DNA from: Lama glama
Taxonomy: Eukaryota
DNA length: 64,000 bases
Direction: 5' to 3'
NCBI GenBank assembly: GCA_028534125.1
Contig: CM052816.1
Span: forward strand, 90,584,001-90,648,000
Of this stretch, positions 10,289-24,182 are shown in pieces. The notes beneath the pieces are model-generated. The model saw only the letters and a program-made list of their open reading frames with translations, had not been told where the DNA came from and made no database searches. How positions within the stretch are numbered: position 1 is the first letter of the stretch; the number at the start of each line of letters is the position of its first letter. A program made the position numbers and the translations under genes.

Positions 10289-13200
10289 GTCCAATACAAA
10301 AATGGTCTACATTTTTGCCAAACTTGAAGGTTTTAGCCATGGACTCATTCTCTTTTCCTTCCTTCAACAAGTCTGAAGAGGTGAACAGTAAGCAAGCACT
10401 AGTACCACCAACTGATTATACCACTTGCTTTGGGAGGAACCATTTTTTGTTTGTTTGGTTTTGAATTGAGCCCAGAAATATGGAATGGTTCGTCTAAGGG
10501 GAAAAAAAATAATTCACTTGTTTATAAAGGTCCATATGTTTTTGTGGATTCTCTTAATTAAACAGTTGTGTCTAAGAATGTTCTTATGAATCATGTATTT
10601 TCAAAATCAAGGGGTAATTCATTTCTATACCCAATGTAATGGAAAGAGACACAGAACAAAACTAGGACATAGCACCATTTTCACTGCGCTATCAAAATGC
10701 AACATGTTAGAAGATTTTTGTTTGGAGTTTATCATAAGTTGGGAAAAGAGTTCCCAGCCAGTTACAGGTTTTTAATACCAACAGCTTTGCTTTGGGACTA
10801 TCAGCATGAGGTCATGGTGGCTCTGAAAACAGTAAGAGCAAAGATTCATCACCCAGACATAAAAGAGAGAGGGAGAGAGTCAGAAAAAAGAGAAAAATTC
10901 TCCCTATTACTGCTTCCGAATATCTACTCCTCCACTGGATCCAATCTTTTTCTGAATTTTTATCTTAGAGAAACTGAAGCCAAACATTTTATCCCATACG
11001 CTTTCCAGTAGGGCACCTTCACAGGCAAGAAGTATCTAGCAGAAGAGGGTTTAAACCCTGACTTCATTTCGCACTAAAGGTAAAGCAAAGTTATCATGAA
11101 TCGGGAAGCCCATTGGGATAGCTTCCCTGTCCTCGGTGCTAAGAAAGGAGCCAACTGGCAGACTGTGGTGAGTGGAGACTTTAAGCTGACTTGGTCTTCA
11201 GTTGTCTCTATAGAAGACAGTTCTGCCCTTCCAGCGACTGAGGTTCTCAAAGCCTCTGGCTACCAAGTGAAAACACACAGCTCGGCCCCTCTGCCTGTAT
11301 GTCCCTTTGGTTTTGGTCAAGACAATTGCCAACGCTGACATAACTCTACCCACCAGGGTGGAATCTAATCGCTATTTTAGCCGTTATTGGAAGTCGTTCT
11401 TACATGGCTTTCCAATAAAACGTGAGGGGTCTAGGAGCTATCACTTACTGCTTCCTTTCTTTAGTCCTTGAAAGACTATTTAGCCTTTACTGAATAGTCT
11501 GGTTGGGTGTAGGTGAGGGAGAAAGGAAGAAATACTGGATCACAAGGAGTTTTGAGTAGGTGAAACAATAATTGTCACCACCAACTTTAAAATTTCAGTC
11601 CTTTGAGGCAGATCTGAGTAACAGCATGCCATCAGGCATCCGAGAAAAGTTCTGCTAGAGAGCTGGGTCATCCAAAGAGCTTCAGGAACCATCCTGCATC
11701 CTGCTGGTGAGCAAGATTATTGGTAAAGGTTAAGGTTTTTCTCAGCCCATCTACTGAATTTTCCATGTTTTGACATGCAAATGATCACCATTTGTGATGG
11801 AAGAAGCTTCATTTAGGTAGCACTTCGCTGGTGATAGCCGTTAGTGTTGCCCACACCTTCAGATGAAAAAGGCAAGCCCCGGTTAGAGCACTGACCCTCT
11901 TCAGAAAATGCAATCTTGTATCATGACAGTTTCCAGGCATTAACTATCCAAACACCACGGGCATTACAAGCACTGTATTCTTCCCGCAATAGTACGTATT
12001 TCAAGGCATCTCCCAATTCCATTTCTCATTAGCATATTTCTACATTTTTGTTACTCTGTCAATGAACAGCAACATAATGCTGTGACAATGAAAATCACTG
12101 GCATACATTTACTGGTGTATAAAACAAAACAAGGAAACGATAGAGAATTTCTCCATATGATCTGAAAGTTACTATATTATGACTTCACGTGCTATTCTTA
12201 CTTATATCTCCTACCTCTGCGCTAATATCTAGGTACTTTCTATATAGGACAGTTTGAATTCATACAAAGGTCCCATCTAGTGCCACACAAATTTGGATTA
12301 ATTAACCATTTCATCTAGAACCAGAAGAATAAAGTTCTTAAGGATGATATCAAACAGAATACGATGAAAAAGATGACTCCAAGCCTATAGCAAAACCCAA
12401 CATGAATATGCAACAGTATGTGCCAGAGACTGGAGTACTATTTCTGGTTTGATTGCTGCTTCACTGTGAGATCAAGACAAGAAAGAGTCTCTTTTTCATT
12501 CTGTTTCCATCTGCGAAGCTGATACATTATCTTCTGATTATAAGACGGAAACAGAATCAAAAGGAGATTATTTCTTGTTTTGATCACATCATGAGAATGA
12601 ATCAATGTTTCTTGACAAAGTTAAATCTGTGGCCATAGCACATTAACTGTGTCATTCTGCAAATTCAGGGCTGCCAAGGTTCAACAGGTTTATATACAAG
12701 AAAATCCAGTATTGATTTTTTTTAAGGTAACATACAAAGTTAGAACTGACTCATAAGTTGCGTCTGCAGACAAACATCACCAGACATGTTGGATTTATAA
12801 TGACTCAGGCTCAAAAGACTCCAAGTTGTTGGTTAAACCAAGCTGAAGCAAATGTTGGGATAAGAAAAAGGGGGGAAAAATCTTTTTAACCTTAAGGAAA
12901 GATTTTACAAAGTATGGAGAAACACAACAAATTCAAAATACATTTTCAATAATAGAGGGGGAAAAAATCTAAAACATATGGTTGGTTATGTGCAACAATT
13001 TCTGTTTTCAACAAATGGCTGGCTCTCTTCTTTCAAATGCCAAAACTTTTGCTCTAAAAGAGGAAAATGAAATAAAGATAATGCAGCCTGTGTGTATTTC
13101 TGGTATTCCTACTAGGATATGCTTTGTCATAATGATTTGCTCTCAGGTTTTGTCAATGCCTGGTGATAATTTCCATTCTTGAATTATTGTTGTCAGTATC

Positions 13201-13661
13201 TGATTTGGTGAAAGCTTCTATTTAGCAACTGTAAAATCTCCAACATTTAGGGTCTGGGAATGTCCTCTGGGGATGGGGAAGTATAGTAAGAGTTGTCAAC
13301 TCATGTCTAAATTTCTAAGGCAAACCTATTAAATATCACGAGTAAAATTTTAGAGAAAACATTTGCAAGATAACCTACTTACTTGTCACAATAAAAAATG
13401 TTCAACATTGTAAAAAATGTACTGTACAATGTGCAAGAAATATTTGGAAAGCACACAGATGCACATACACTCACTGTTGCAACCCAATTTTCCCAAAGAG
13501 GTGGTTAAGATGAGTTACATCTACAAAGTCAGAAAGTCCTCCAATAGAAAAGGAAATTAACCACAAGTGAAGCTTCCACTATTTTTCTTCATGAAGTTCG
13601 GGCTAGCCCTGCAGAGCACCCTCAAAGTATCTCTGCGGATCACTCATCAAAAATCCAACAT

Positions 13662-14008
13662 GCAAAAAAGACACAGATGAACTGATTTACAAAACAGAAA
13701 CAGACTCACAGACATAGGGAACAAATTTATGGTTACCAGGGGGGTAAAAGTATTGAGAAGGGACAAATTGGATGTTCGAGATTTGCAGATACTAACTACT
13801 ATATATAAAATAAACAAGTTTCTACTGTATAGCAGGGGGAACTATATTCAAAATCTTGGGGTAGCCTATGATGAAAAAGAATATGAAAATGAATATATGT
13901 ATGTATATGTGTGACTGACACTTTATGCTGTACACCAGAAATTGACACAAAATTGTAAACTGACTATATTTCAATTAAAAAGAGTGCAAATAAAAAAAAA
14001 TTTTTTTT
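13662..14008 (+). mobile_element. LINE-1 3' UTR fragment with 10-bp TSD
   Basis: Clearly similar to 6070-6390. TSD AATCCAACAT at 13652-13661 and 14009-14018. Confidence 0.9.
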
Positions 14009-14404
14009 AATCCAACATTCAGAGTAGCCTCCAGAACTTCAAATCTTCAGAAATTATTCTACAGAAAAATACACCTGATCTTTGGTAGGAAAAGAAATTT
14101 TTTTGAAGTCAAGTAAGACATGGCAGGGAATATAAGAGGGGAAAGAGAGCCTACTCTAGTCCAGCACTAGGGTTAAGACAAACGGAGACAAGTAAAATGA
14201 GAGGAAGTTAGGCGTCATAACAGAGCAAAAAATAAGTTTTCCCAGAAGAGATGACCTTTAGTTGGAGTCAAGAGTCAGAAAAGTTTTATACGGAAGCTGC
14301 AGTTTGAGATGGTAGAAATATTAAAAGTACTTATACCTACAGTACTTACTCTAAGACTGTCTTACTATTTAATCTTGACAAATATTAAACCATCAACTGT
14401 CTCA

Positions 14405-14575
14405 TCAATCCTACAAGGAAGGAATTATTATTACTGTCTCCACTTTACCATTAGGAAACAAAGGAGCCAAATAACTTACCCAAGATCATACAACTAGTGG
14501 TCTGGAGATGTGGTGTGAACCCATGCACTCTGGCACTGGAGTGAGCACTCTTAACCATCACGATAAACTGCCTTG
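14405..14575 (-). mobile_element. MIR
   Basis: aataacttacccaagatcatacaactagt...ctctggcactggagtgagcactcttaaccatc. Confidence 0.7.
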
Positions 14576-17015
14576 AAAGATGACTAGGCTGTCTTTCGAT
14601 GAGGATGGAGAAGTGGAGAGTATGTTAGAGCAAACCAACAGGAAGAATCCAGTCAAGAGTGTTAAGAAACCCCTAGTCCCCTTTAGGAGAAGGGTCAGGA
14701 TCCATCCACCTGGAGGGACGGATGATGGATACACCTATCAAGGTTGCCTAATAGAATGTTTGTATTTAGGTGGCAGAAGGCAGAAAACCAGAAAGGGGGA
14801 AAAATATGCCTCAGAAATCAAAAGAAGAGAGAATTTTAGGAAGCAGCCTGGAGGAGTGATATTCAGCTGCAAAAAGACTAAGAAAGATAAGAACAGAGGT
14901 TGTACGATTTGATCTTGCGATGAGTTGTTAACAGCTGACCCTGGAGTGACTCAGGTAGAAGAGCGAAGACATATGCCTCTCTGGAAGGGCTCAGAGAACT
15001 CAGCCAGCAAAGATATCCACAAAGGCCCACATAAAAGAGAGTCAGTGAAGTAACAGCAAGAGTCAAGGCAAGAATTTGCAATTTTGTCAAAATGGAGTTT
15101 TGTTGATTTGTTTATAAGGATTTGGAAGAACTGAAAGTATATACAGGAAGATGGGAGGAGACAAGAAAGAAAGTAGAAACATAAAGGAGAAACAATTGAT
15201 AGGGCAAGGTTCTGGAAGACTCAGGAGGGTCAGCCACGGTTAAGCTCGGTTCGGTAAGGGTTACGATACAGACTGAGGAGTGAGAGAGAAGTGTGAGTGA
15301 AATTCCAGACCCAGGGGTCTTCCCAGACCAGGCACTGACATCACTCTCGTTCAGGTGCATGCAGTTAAATCTGAATTCTTCCAGACCAAAGACTCAGTAA
15401 GTTCTCTCTCTAGTAAATATGTGATTGTGTCTTTAAGTCATTAGTCTTTAGGTCTTCATATGTCCAGTCATTTATCTTCTCAGTTCCTTCACATAACAGT
15501 TAGGATTTCTCAAGTACTGGAAGGAAGAGACAGACATTTCATCAACTAAAATGCTTTAAAGTGCTAAAGAATTAACATAGTGACCACTAAACCAGGAGAG
15601 GTCTGATGGTGAAACAATTTGATGTGCAAAGGAGAGCAGAGTGGCTCATTGCATTACAAAAGGGTTTAAGAGTTTCTTAGGTAAGAAATGCATCGATATC
15701 TAGACCTGCATTCACAATGTAAATGTAAAAGGACCTTAACTCTTTAGAAGTCTTTTCTACCCTTATTCTTTCCTTATTATGCAATCAAGTCTTGGTCTTT
15801 AGATAAGTCTCCATTTTGACCATTTATCTGTATCATCATTGCTTAACTCTTTTATATTCGATGTTCGAAGTTTTAACAGTAAAACAGATCTGGGCTCACT
15901 TCAACATCGACCTAAAGTCTAACTTCAATTTATTCAACGGATATACGATGACCCCAGAACAAAGGTGATGTTTTAAGGTTGGCAATGCATGATGGTTACT
16001 TGGTCAATATTACAGACTCACTCTCCACTGAAACATGCAATTTTCAAGTTATAAACTCAGGAGATCAAAGAGTCTACACAATCATCACCATTGAGTTATG
16101 TAAACTCAGCTTTCACTTAGTGATAGAAATAAGTCTGCTAAATTAGAAGTGAAATTTCCATTCCATTAAATGAGACATGGCCAAGTTCTAGGGATCACCC
16201 ATGATGGCAGACTCTAAGGCACTGGGATCCATCACATAATTAAAGATGAGAACACAGAAATCACTGTAATCATAGTGAAAAGACAATTTTCTTCTAAGCT
16301 ACTATGCATTTCAAAAGCTACCTCCTAATCGATTCTACAAGTTTTGAGCATAAAACTCTGAACTGATGATGCCGCTATAAATATGGCAGGTGACAGTTAA
16401 GCTCTCCTTTGGAGATAAAGGTTAACTAAATGCAGACTTTATGCAGAAGTGTTTTTTCTCCCCCTTTAAAAATATCCTGCCACATGCAGCAAACACTATC
16501 AGAAAACATTCATTATTCATTCTCATCAATAGTCTAATATGCTTTTAGAGTCTACTGTCCATTCACATTGTTATTTATTTGCACTTAACGGGTGGTCCTT
16601 TCAAAAGCCCTGGTTGCAGCATTCTAACATCTGACTTTATGTTATAAATCACCTGCTTCTTTAGTCAATAAAGCTAGTAAGTGAACCACAACCAGCCAGG
16701 AAATGCAAACTGCTGAGATCACTTCTGAACCATCCCTTTCTTCCACAGACCCAGGAAACTAATATGTCTTATGACCGCAACTAATTTCAAACGCTCAAAA
16801 CGGAATTAAAATAAAGCACAGGGAAAAAACCTGCAGCAGCTGAGATATTTTTGCTGCTTATTAACGGTTAACAGACTAGATAGATCATCATGGGCTTTGG
16901 AGCCACAAAGGGCTCGCTCGGTGCACCCACTCGGCAAAGACCTGCTGCTGGCCAAGGCGAAGGAAGGAGACCCACCTAACACCGAGAAGAACTGTAACTT
17001 TACTTCCAGTAATTT

Positions 17016-17151
17016 TTAAAATTTTTTATTAATTTATTTTTTGTGAGGGAGGTAATTATATATTTATTTTTTAGAGGAGGTACTGGGAATTGAACCCAGG
17101 ACCTTGTAGATGTTAAGCAGACGCTGTATCGCTTGAGCTGTACCCTTTCCC
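17016..17151 (-). mobile_element. tRNA-Ala-derived SINE (Vic-1-like)
   Basis: Same family. TSD tacttccagt(a/c)attt at 17001-17015 and 17152-17166. Confidence 0.88.
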
Positions 17152-17989
17152 TACTTCCAGTCATTTCTATCTCCAATTATAAAGCGTAGTTCACACTTTT
17201 TATGATCACCTAAAATTGCCACAAGCTGACATTTATTTAATGTGTCTTTTTTTTCCCTCGGCACCAATAGCAAATGTCAGATTTCCAGCCCTAAAGCTAT
17301 TTCATATTTTAATCATTTTTGATGAAAACCATTCTAGAATTCTTTATATGTGTCCTTGATTTTTAAACAAAGAATCTGCTTTGGTTCTTGGTGTTTATGT
17401 TCAGCACAAATATGGATTCAGTAAATGTATGCTGAATTAAGAAACAATGTATTCAATCCGCAAGTAAATAGCATGAGTTACGTCCGTCTTCAAGAAGCTC
17501 TTACAATGCTGAGTTTAAGCAACACAGGGGAACATTTAATGCCATCTGCAACCCAGCCTCTCCTTACAAATCCAAATATATCTCTCAAAGCTTCTTAAAC
17601 ATTCTATCCCAAGCTGCTATGCTTTTGCCTTCTTCAAATTTGAGCATCTTGGCTACTTCATGAGGCACTGAGCAATAAAGAAACATTAAAGGTTTGAGTC
17701 CCAGAATGCTCTAAGATTTTAAAAACATAACTGAGGGGTATGTCTTCCTAACCATGGAACTCTTTAAGAAAAAAGACGATGTTTTTATCCTCAGACCTGG
17801 CATACGGTAAAAGCTCAATACATAGTTTCTTAAGTAATGAATGAAAGGTTATGAATTCTAACTGAAGCAACTAGAACCCAATACAAGTTTGTTCCTTGTT
17901 CATGATGTGATTTGGAGCAAAGTCTCTCAAATTTTCTTCTTTGTCGAAACTTCAATCTGTATCAAACAGTAGTAGTGAAATTAATGTCT

Positions 17990-18150
17990 ACAGAAGTCAC
18001 CGGAGGAGCCTATTAAAAATGTAATTTAGGGATCACATTACAGAGATTAATTAATGGGTCCAGAGTGGGTCCCAAGAATCTATTTTTCAACAAGTTGACC
18101 AGGTGAAGCTGAAGTCAGTGGCTCAGGGGCCATTCACTGAGAAATACAGA
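17990..18150. mobile_element. MER5A-like MITE remnant
   Basis: gggtcccaagaatctatttttcaacaagttgaccaggtga. Confidence 0.55.
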
Positions 18151-18307
18151 TACATGGCGTTGGAAGTGGCATTGGGTCAGCTAATGATTTTGCATCATCT
18201 GTAAAAACTAAAACCTGAAAATCCCAAAGACCAGTGTGATTACTGGAGCTTACCAAGCTAGAAAGAAGCATGGCAGAAGACCTACGTAGGTCCAGCCTGG
18301 AGGTGAT

Positions 18308-18347
18308 GGTGGACAGAACAAGGTGGCGGTGGACAGAACAAGGTGGC
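18308..18347. repeat. Perfect 20-bp tandem duplication
   Basis: ggtggacagaacaaggtggc x2. Confidence 0.95.
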
Positions 18348-19336
18348 ATCAGCCCCAATGAAATCTCATTAACTACTAAGCCATTTTCTCCTTGAGTCCT
18401 CTTTGCTACCAGAATCTCAAATAAATTAGAGTTGTCAGGGCTCATTCTCCTTCCCCAAAGCTCCCTGGCACCTAACTGCCGGCCCCCCACCGCCTGTCCC
18501 ACCCTCTCCCACCTAACCCCTCCACTAGCGCCCTTGTTTTGCCACACGGGGCACACCACACAGCAGCCTGCTGGGAAGAGCAAGGTTCGGACCAGCAGCA
18601 GCAGCTGCTGAGAAGCCCCGCGCCTCCGCCAGGCCGTGGGCGGTTCCTTCTCTCCCCAGCAACTTCTGCCACTGGTGGGGGAAGCACAGCCCGGTGGATG
18701 TTCAGTTCTGCAAACTCCCTTCTCACATAATGTGAGGCTTCAATTGTTGTTCAAAGTTTACAGTCCGCCCTGTTGAGACAATACTGTTTTCAGAAGCATC
18801 CATTTTATGTAATTAGAGTTCATGTTTCAGAAAACAGGTTTTTTTTGTTTTAGTTTCAAACAGAACTTTGATAGCTGGCCAATGAGTTCTGCGCCCTGAC
18901 CCAATATACTCTGTGGGAGAAAGCATATGGGCAGTGGAGTCAGCAGATCAAGTTCAGCTACGTGAACTTGGGCAGCACAGTTAGCCTCCGCAAACTCAAA
19001 CTCACCCATAAAAGAAAGGGGGAGGAGGTTATTAACCCATTTAAATAGAGTATTTACAGGAAAGTACACAGTTCATTTAACACACTCACTCCTTTTACTC
19101 CTTTACCTAAAACCATTTCTCAGCCCTGTTTCTATGTAATAGGGAGTCATCTTGAATTTCAAGATTAAGTTGAACTGAGATGGAACAAATTACTGTATTC
19201 AAAACAAGCAAACAAATAGAAATTGGTACAATTTAATCAAAATCATCATCATCACCATCATGTCCCTTAACATTTAAATTCTAGATTAAAGTCTGCAATA
19301 TACACTACATAATCTGTAGGTTTAAGAGCAGGTAAG

Positions 19337-19514
19337 TGTTACTAACCAGGTAAAATCTTACAACAGTGAGGATGATGTTGGTTCTTGGACACGAATCTGC
19401 CTTCTCCCCAGGTTGCTGGCCTCCTGAACAAAGCAACCTTTCCTTTCCAACCAACACCTGTCTCTCGAGGATTGGCTTTTGAGCAGTGAGCTGCTGAACT
19501 TGAGTTCAGTAACA
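19337..19514 (+). mobile_element. Probable internally deleted ERV LTR fragment
   Basis: Begins TGTTACT and ends AGTAACA (7-bp inverted termini); R/U5-like sequence; no TSD seen. Confidence 0.5.
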
Positions 19515-20661
19515 CTGGAAAAAGATGAATGCCAACCAAGAACACGAAATACCAAATGAGCCCAACATACATGGGAAAATACTGCATGGAAAATCAAAAG
19601 GGAGAAGGGCCTTAAACAACCTTGGAAAAGGGAGAGTCTCTCCTAACTCTATTTCCATCTTGCTTTCAATTGAGAGGCTGCAGCAAAGGGCCACACACAA
19701 TACTCTGTTTTGCCCATTTCACCTGCTTAGAGTTCAATAACAGTTTTAAAGTGGAAATATCAATAAACCTTTTCCCCAGGAATATCTTATTTTTCATCCA
19801 CAGCTATAAAATAATACATTTAAACACAAAGGAAAGGAAATAATTAACCAGATATCCTTCCTCAATCTTAGCAAAAAAAAAATTAAATAAATAAATAAAT
19901 CAGGCGAGAAGCCAGACACTTTTTAATTTTTTCCTATAGGCTCAGAAAAGCAAGTTAAGGAAACCAATGGCCCATATCCATGAGCATTTTTCTTGGAATT
20001 AGGGAACCACTAGGGAATGTAGCATTGCATTCGGAGGCACACCAACATCACGTTAGATCTCAGTCTGCTGACCAGGTGATAAATACCATCCTGACAAGTG
20101 GAACCTAAAACAGGGCCCCCAGTTAATGCCTCAGCGGAGGCCCTCTCGGGCTGCTCAAGCCACACAATTAACTCATCTGAATCACTCTCCTTGGAAAAGG
20201 AACTAACACGATTCCTTGTACCTGCTTTTGTGAACCTGAGTCTGGGCTTGCGTCTCACCACGGCCACTACCAGCTGCTTATGCTGAACAAGCCACTTGCA
20301 ACTCCCCAGGGCTTGGTTATGTCACTTGTAATGCACATGACTAGAACGATATCCCTTAGGTCTGCAATTTTTTCATCTTTCCACAAATGAGCTGTAATAA
20401 TGTACATATTTAATTGGATTATACTGAGCACTCAAATCCACGGGAACATTGTTACTGCCCGTAGATCTCTCGTCTAGGTCACAGGAAAAATCATGCCTCT
20501 TTGAAAGGTCAAAGGTAACAGCACGTGCTAGCTTTTGGGCTGGATTCTGCCGATACAGCTTAAGTTATTTTAACAAGTACACTACAACAGAAAGTCAATT
20601 TATTTTGCAAAAGTTAGAGCAGATCTTTGCTAATGAGGCTCTCCTGGAGAAGTCCAAGCTG

Positions 20662-20950
20662 TTTTATTTTTAATTTTTTATTGAAGTGTAGTTAGTTTCA
20701 GGTGTACAGCAAAGTGATTCAGTTATACATATACACACATGTATATTTTTTTCCTTTCAGATTCTTCTCCATTATGTTTTAAGAAATATTGAATATAGTT
20801 CCCTGTGCTCTACAGTAGGTCCTTTTTTTCAAAAAAATCTATTTTATATATAGTCATGTGTGTCTGTTAATCCCCAACCCCTGTTTTATCCCTCCCCGCC
20901 CTTTCCCCTTCGGTAACCACAGTGTGTTTTCTATGTCTGTGAGTCTGTTC
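20662..20950 (-). mobile_element. LINE-1 3' UTR fragment (sense to BASP1)
   Basis: Reverse complement of the same L1 3' UTR (atagttccctgtgc, tgtgagtctgtt) with a T-rich tail. Confidence 0.88.
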
Positions 20951-21112
20951 CTTCAGGTTTTCTGTGAACTGTCTGAGACACGGACCAAGGTGAGAGCTGC
21001 TGACAGTGGAGGGCTGAAAGGTGGGGGTGGAGAGGTACGCTGAGACGAGACAAATGAGGACAAGGGATACTTTAGGTGTCAATGATAGACACTCCACGAG
21101 TCAGTCAGTTGT

Positions 21113-21240
21113 GGGGAAGGTATAGCTCAGTGGTAGAGTGCAGGCTTGACATTCCAGGGTCCGGGGTTCAATGCCCCGTACCTCCATCAAATAAATAAAT
21201 AAACCTAACCACCCAAAACGACAACAACAACAACAAAAAA
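21113..21240 (+). mobile_element. tRNA-Ala-derived SINE with (CAA)n tail
   Basis: ggggaaggtatagctcagtggtagag...ggttcaatgcccc...aaataaataaacctaa. Confidence 0.87.
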
Positions 21241-24182
21241 GCCACTCACAATCAGACACAAATTCCTGCTGACTAGGAGACCAAGGGTCGTATCCCATGC
21301 ACTCAGCCCACGTCTCCTCCATGTGGCTGTCTGTCTATTCACTGTCTATAAATGTCCTCAGGTCTGTAGGACGTTGCTAAATGGAATATGCCAGAGGCAG
21401 CATGAGTCTTAAGCAATCCTGAAGTTGTGACAGAGACATTTGAGGAGGGGTGGACTGTCTTAATAAGAAAGTCAAAGGCCAACGCAGTGTTCCTTTAAAA
21501 CAGAAGGTGGACTGCACACAACCAAGCTTAGTGGATTCACATAAGCAGGAAAAAACTAAGGCTCAGTGAAGATCCCGAGGGTTCTGCTGCTCATCTCCAC
21601 CACCAACCCTGCACTCCCTCAACTTCCTACCCTGTAAGAGCATCAGAGGGAGCGGGGTACCCATTACAACATTTCCTGACCTATACCGGGCATCAGCATG
21701 GGGCAAGAGATTTCAAAACACACAACAGCCTGAGACTGGCCCAGGTACCACAGATGCCATGGAACCCCTGGATGTAAGGAGAGTGCAGAATACAAGCTTC
21801 GAAGGCAGCACTCAGCTATGACTCATGGGTCTGTTTGAACGGGAAAATCCTAGTGAACTTATTATAGTATTAAGTGGGTGAATTATTTTACTATGTCACT
21901 ACCACGAGACCTAAAATAGATTAAGTTGAGCCAAAGGGAAGGAGAATCTTTGCTAGAACGGCATCTTCTAGCTCCTGTGACTGTCCACCTCTCCCTCACA
22001 TCTCTGGACCAACAGGGTTTTTCTGTAAAACAAAGGGATCGAACTACTTCATCTCTCATGTGTCTAAAACACTATTACAATAAATAGCAATATAGAAAAC
22101 TTTGCACGTCCCCAACAGTTCACTTGTCCAAATCAGTAATGAGTCCAAATGAGCAAATAAATAAATAGGTTGCTGATTAGAATAAATTATAATGCAACAT
22201 GAAGAAAAATCAAAGCGGTACCTTCTGTCAGTTGGAAGGCTAAAAAGAAGCAGAAGGTGAGTTGAAATTACCTGAGAGCATCCAAAACAGAAGGAGCATC
22301 TATGAAGATAAAGATCTGTGTCAGAACATGTTTTTTTCTTTCAGTATCAACTGAAGTAGGCTGTCCACGTGCCACCTACTGAAATAAGGACACTCAACAC
22401 CGATGGGGCTTTAAGATTCATTCTCTCCACTTTAACACTGGACCTCTTACCAATCCAAGCCTAAAATGTCTTAGGGATCATCACCAAGCACGGTGTAAAG
22501 TACAAGTTTCATCTTCTACATCACGTGGTTCACACTTTGCGATGACTCAAATGGGGGCTTTGCAAATCTTACCAAATTAAAATCTGTCATTCAAAGCATA
22601 TTGAGTTCTTCATTACCTACTGAAGAATCACTGTAAACTGAACATGTCTATCAACATACCTTGCTTTACTTATTCAGATTTTTCCATTTATGATGCAGCT
22701 TTGAAAGCAAGTGACACTAAAATCCGAACCATCTTCTCAGCCAAAATTGTCTCTTTTTATTTGGAATTAGTACAATTTGACTGTCACAGGTGATTATAAT
22801 AGACTTACACAGAGGATTTGCCAAATCCTGTCACGTCTTCTCAGTTCCTCCAGTCACTCTAACTTCAAAGACCTTCTGCACAAGAAGAAATATTTTATTT
22901 CCTGTAAGTCATGAGGAAAACCAAAGGCCAAACAGAGAAACAGCATTTAACAGCGGCGGAAGGGATATTCACCGAAGATGCATCCTGTGTTAATACAACG
23001 CACATGGCCTGCCTTGCCTGGGGGGGGACAGAGCAATTTTAAATGAACGCGAAGGATGGATTACAATGATTTTTAGTAAAAATGTGCTTTTTCAACTACA
23101 AGTAAATGAGAACTAACTGATAAAAAGAATCAAGAATCTGCTTGTGAGTCTTTTCTGAATTAATTATCTTCATTTGTCATAATCAACACTTATTTGCATA
23201 CAAGATGCTCAAGTCCTCTTTGTTCTTTCATGGGAAGAAGACAGTTCCCTTAAAAATCCCATCTAATGGCTTTATTCCTTTAATAACTATGTAAGTTTAA
23301 AAAGTTAAAACTCTAATCTGTTCTTAGAAACAATGATCAGTACATATATGTAAGCTAAAATAAAATGTGCAGTATACTGTATATGTATTTACATACAATA
23401 TAATGTATAATTGTAGTTGGACTGTAATAATTCTATGTAATAAAACTGAAAAAGGAAAAAAAAATTCCATCTAGTTCCTATTACCAAAAACTCACCTACT
23501 ATACAACTGCAGATGAGCAATTTGAACCTATCAGGAAGCTGTCAACATGCAAACTGCACTTTTAGAAAAACGCTTTTCTAAAATAGCTACATACATCTAT
23601 TTGCATAAAACAAATAAAAATCAGGAGGTAAAGCAACAAATGGTCAAGGATTTTTCTGTTCCCGAAAGCCCCCTGAATGCGCTAGTGAGCTTATCATTGG
23701 TGAGGCAAACGCAGGGAACTTTGCTAAGAGTGAAAGTGTCCCAACTGTCTCACCGGCACAGATTCCAGCCTGTAACCCCACAGATGCTGGGGTACATGTG
23801 GGTGATGATCAAAGCAACTCAATGCCTTGAGTTTGGTAACCACGGCTCTCCATGACTTAGGGGTTGACCTGAAAGATATGGATTGTTCTGAGAGATCTGG
23901 AAGGACCTTGATAATTCAGCATTCCATCAGGACTCCCAGGAGAGAATAAAATAGAGAACCAAATAAGGAATCTCATTTCATATTTTGCAGCTGTTCTTCC
24001 AAAACTGTCATTACACATCTAAAAGTTCATTACAGAGCTAAGTTAATTTTAAAAACAAAATGTGCTCAATATTTGGAGTTCTTTAAATGAAAAGGAACAA
24101 TTGCTTATGTTCACAATTTTGTCAGATAATTTTGCTTGCAGGATTAAAAGCAGAAATTCTAGAATGAAGCTTTCTTCTAGAG

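Noticed and set aside
22266..22295. Possible recursive splice site (ctctcag|gtaatt, minus strand)
   Set aside because: Mediocre pyrimidine tract and donor; such motifs are expected by chance in 50 kb and there is no supporting evidence
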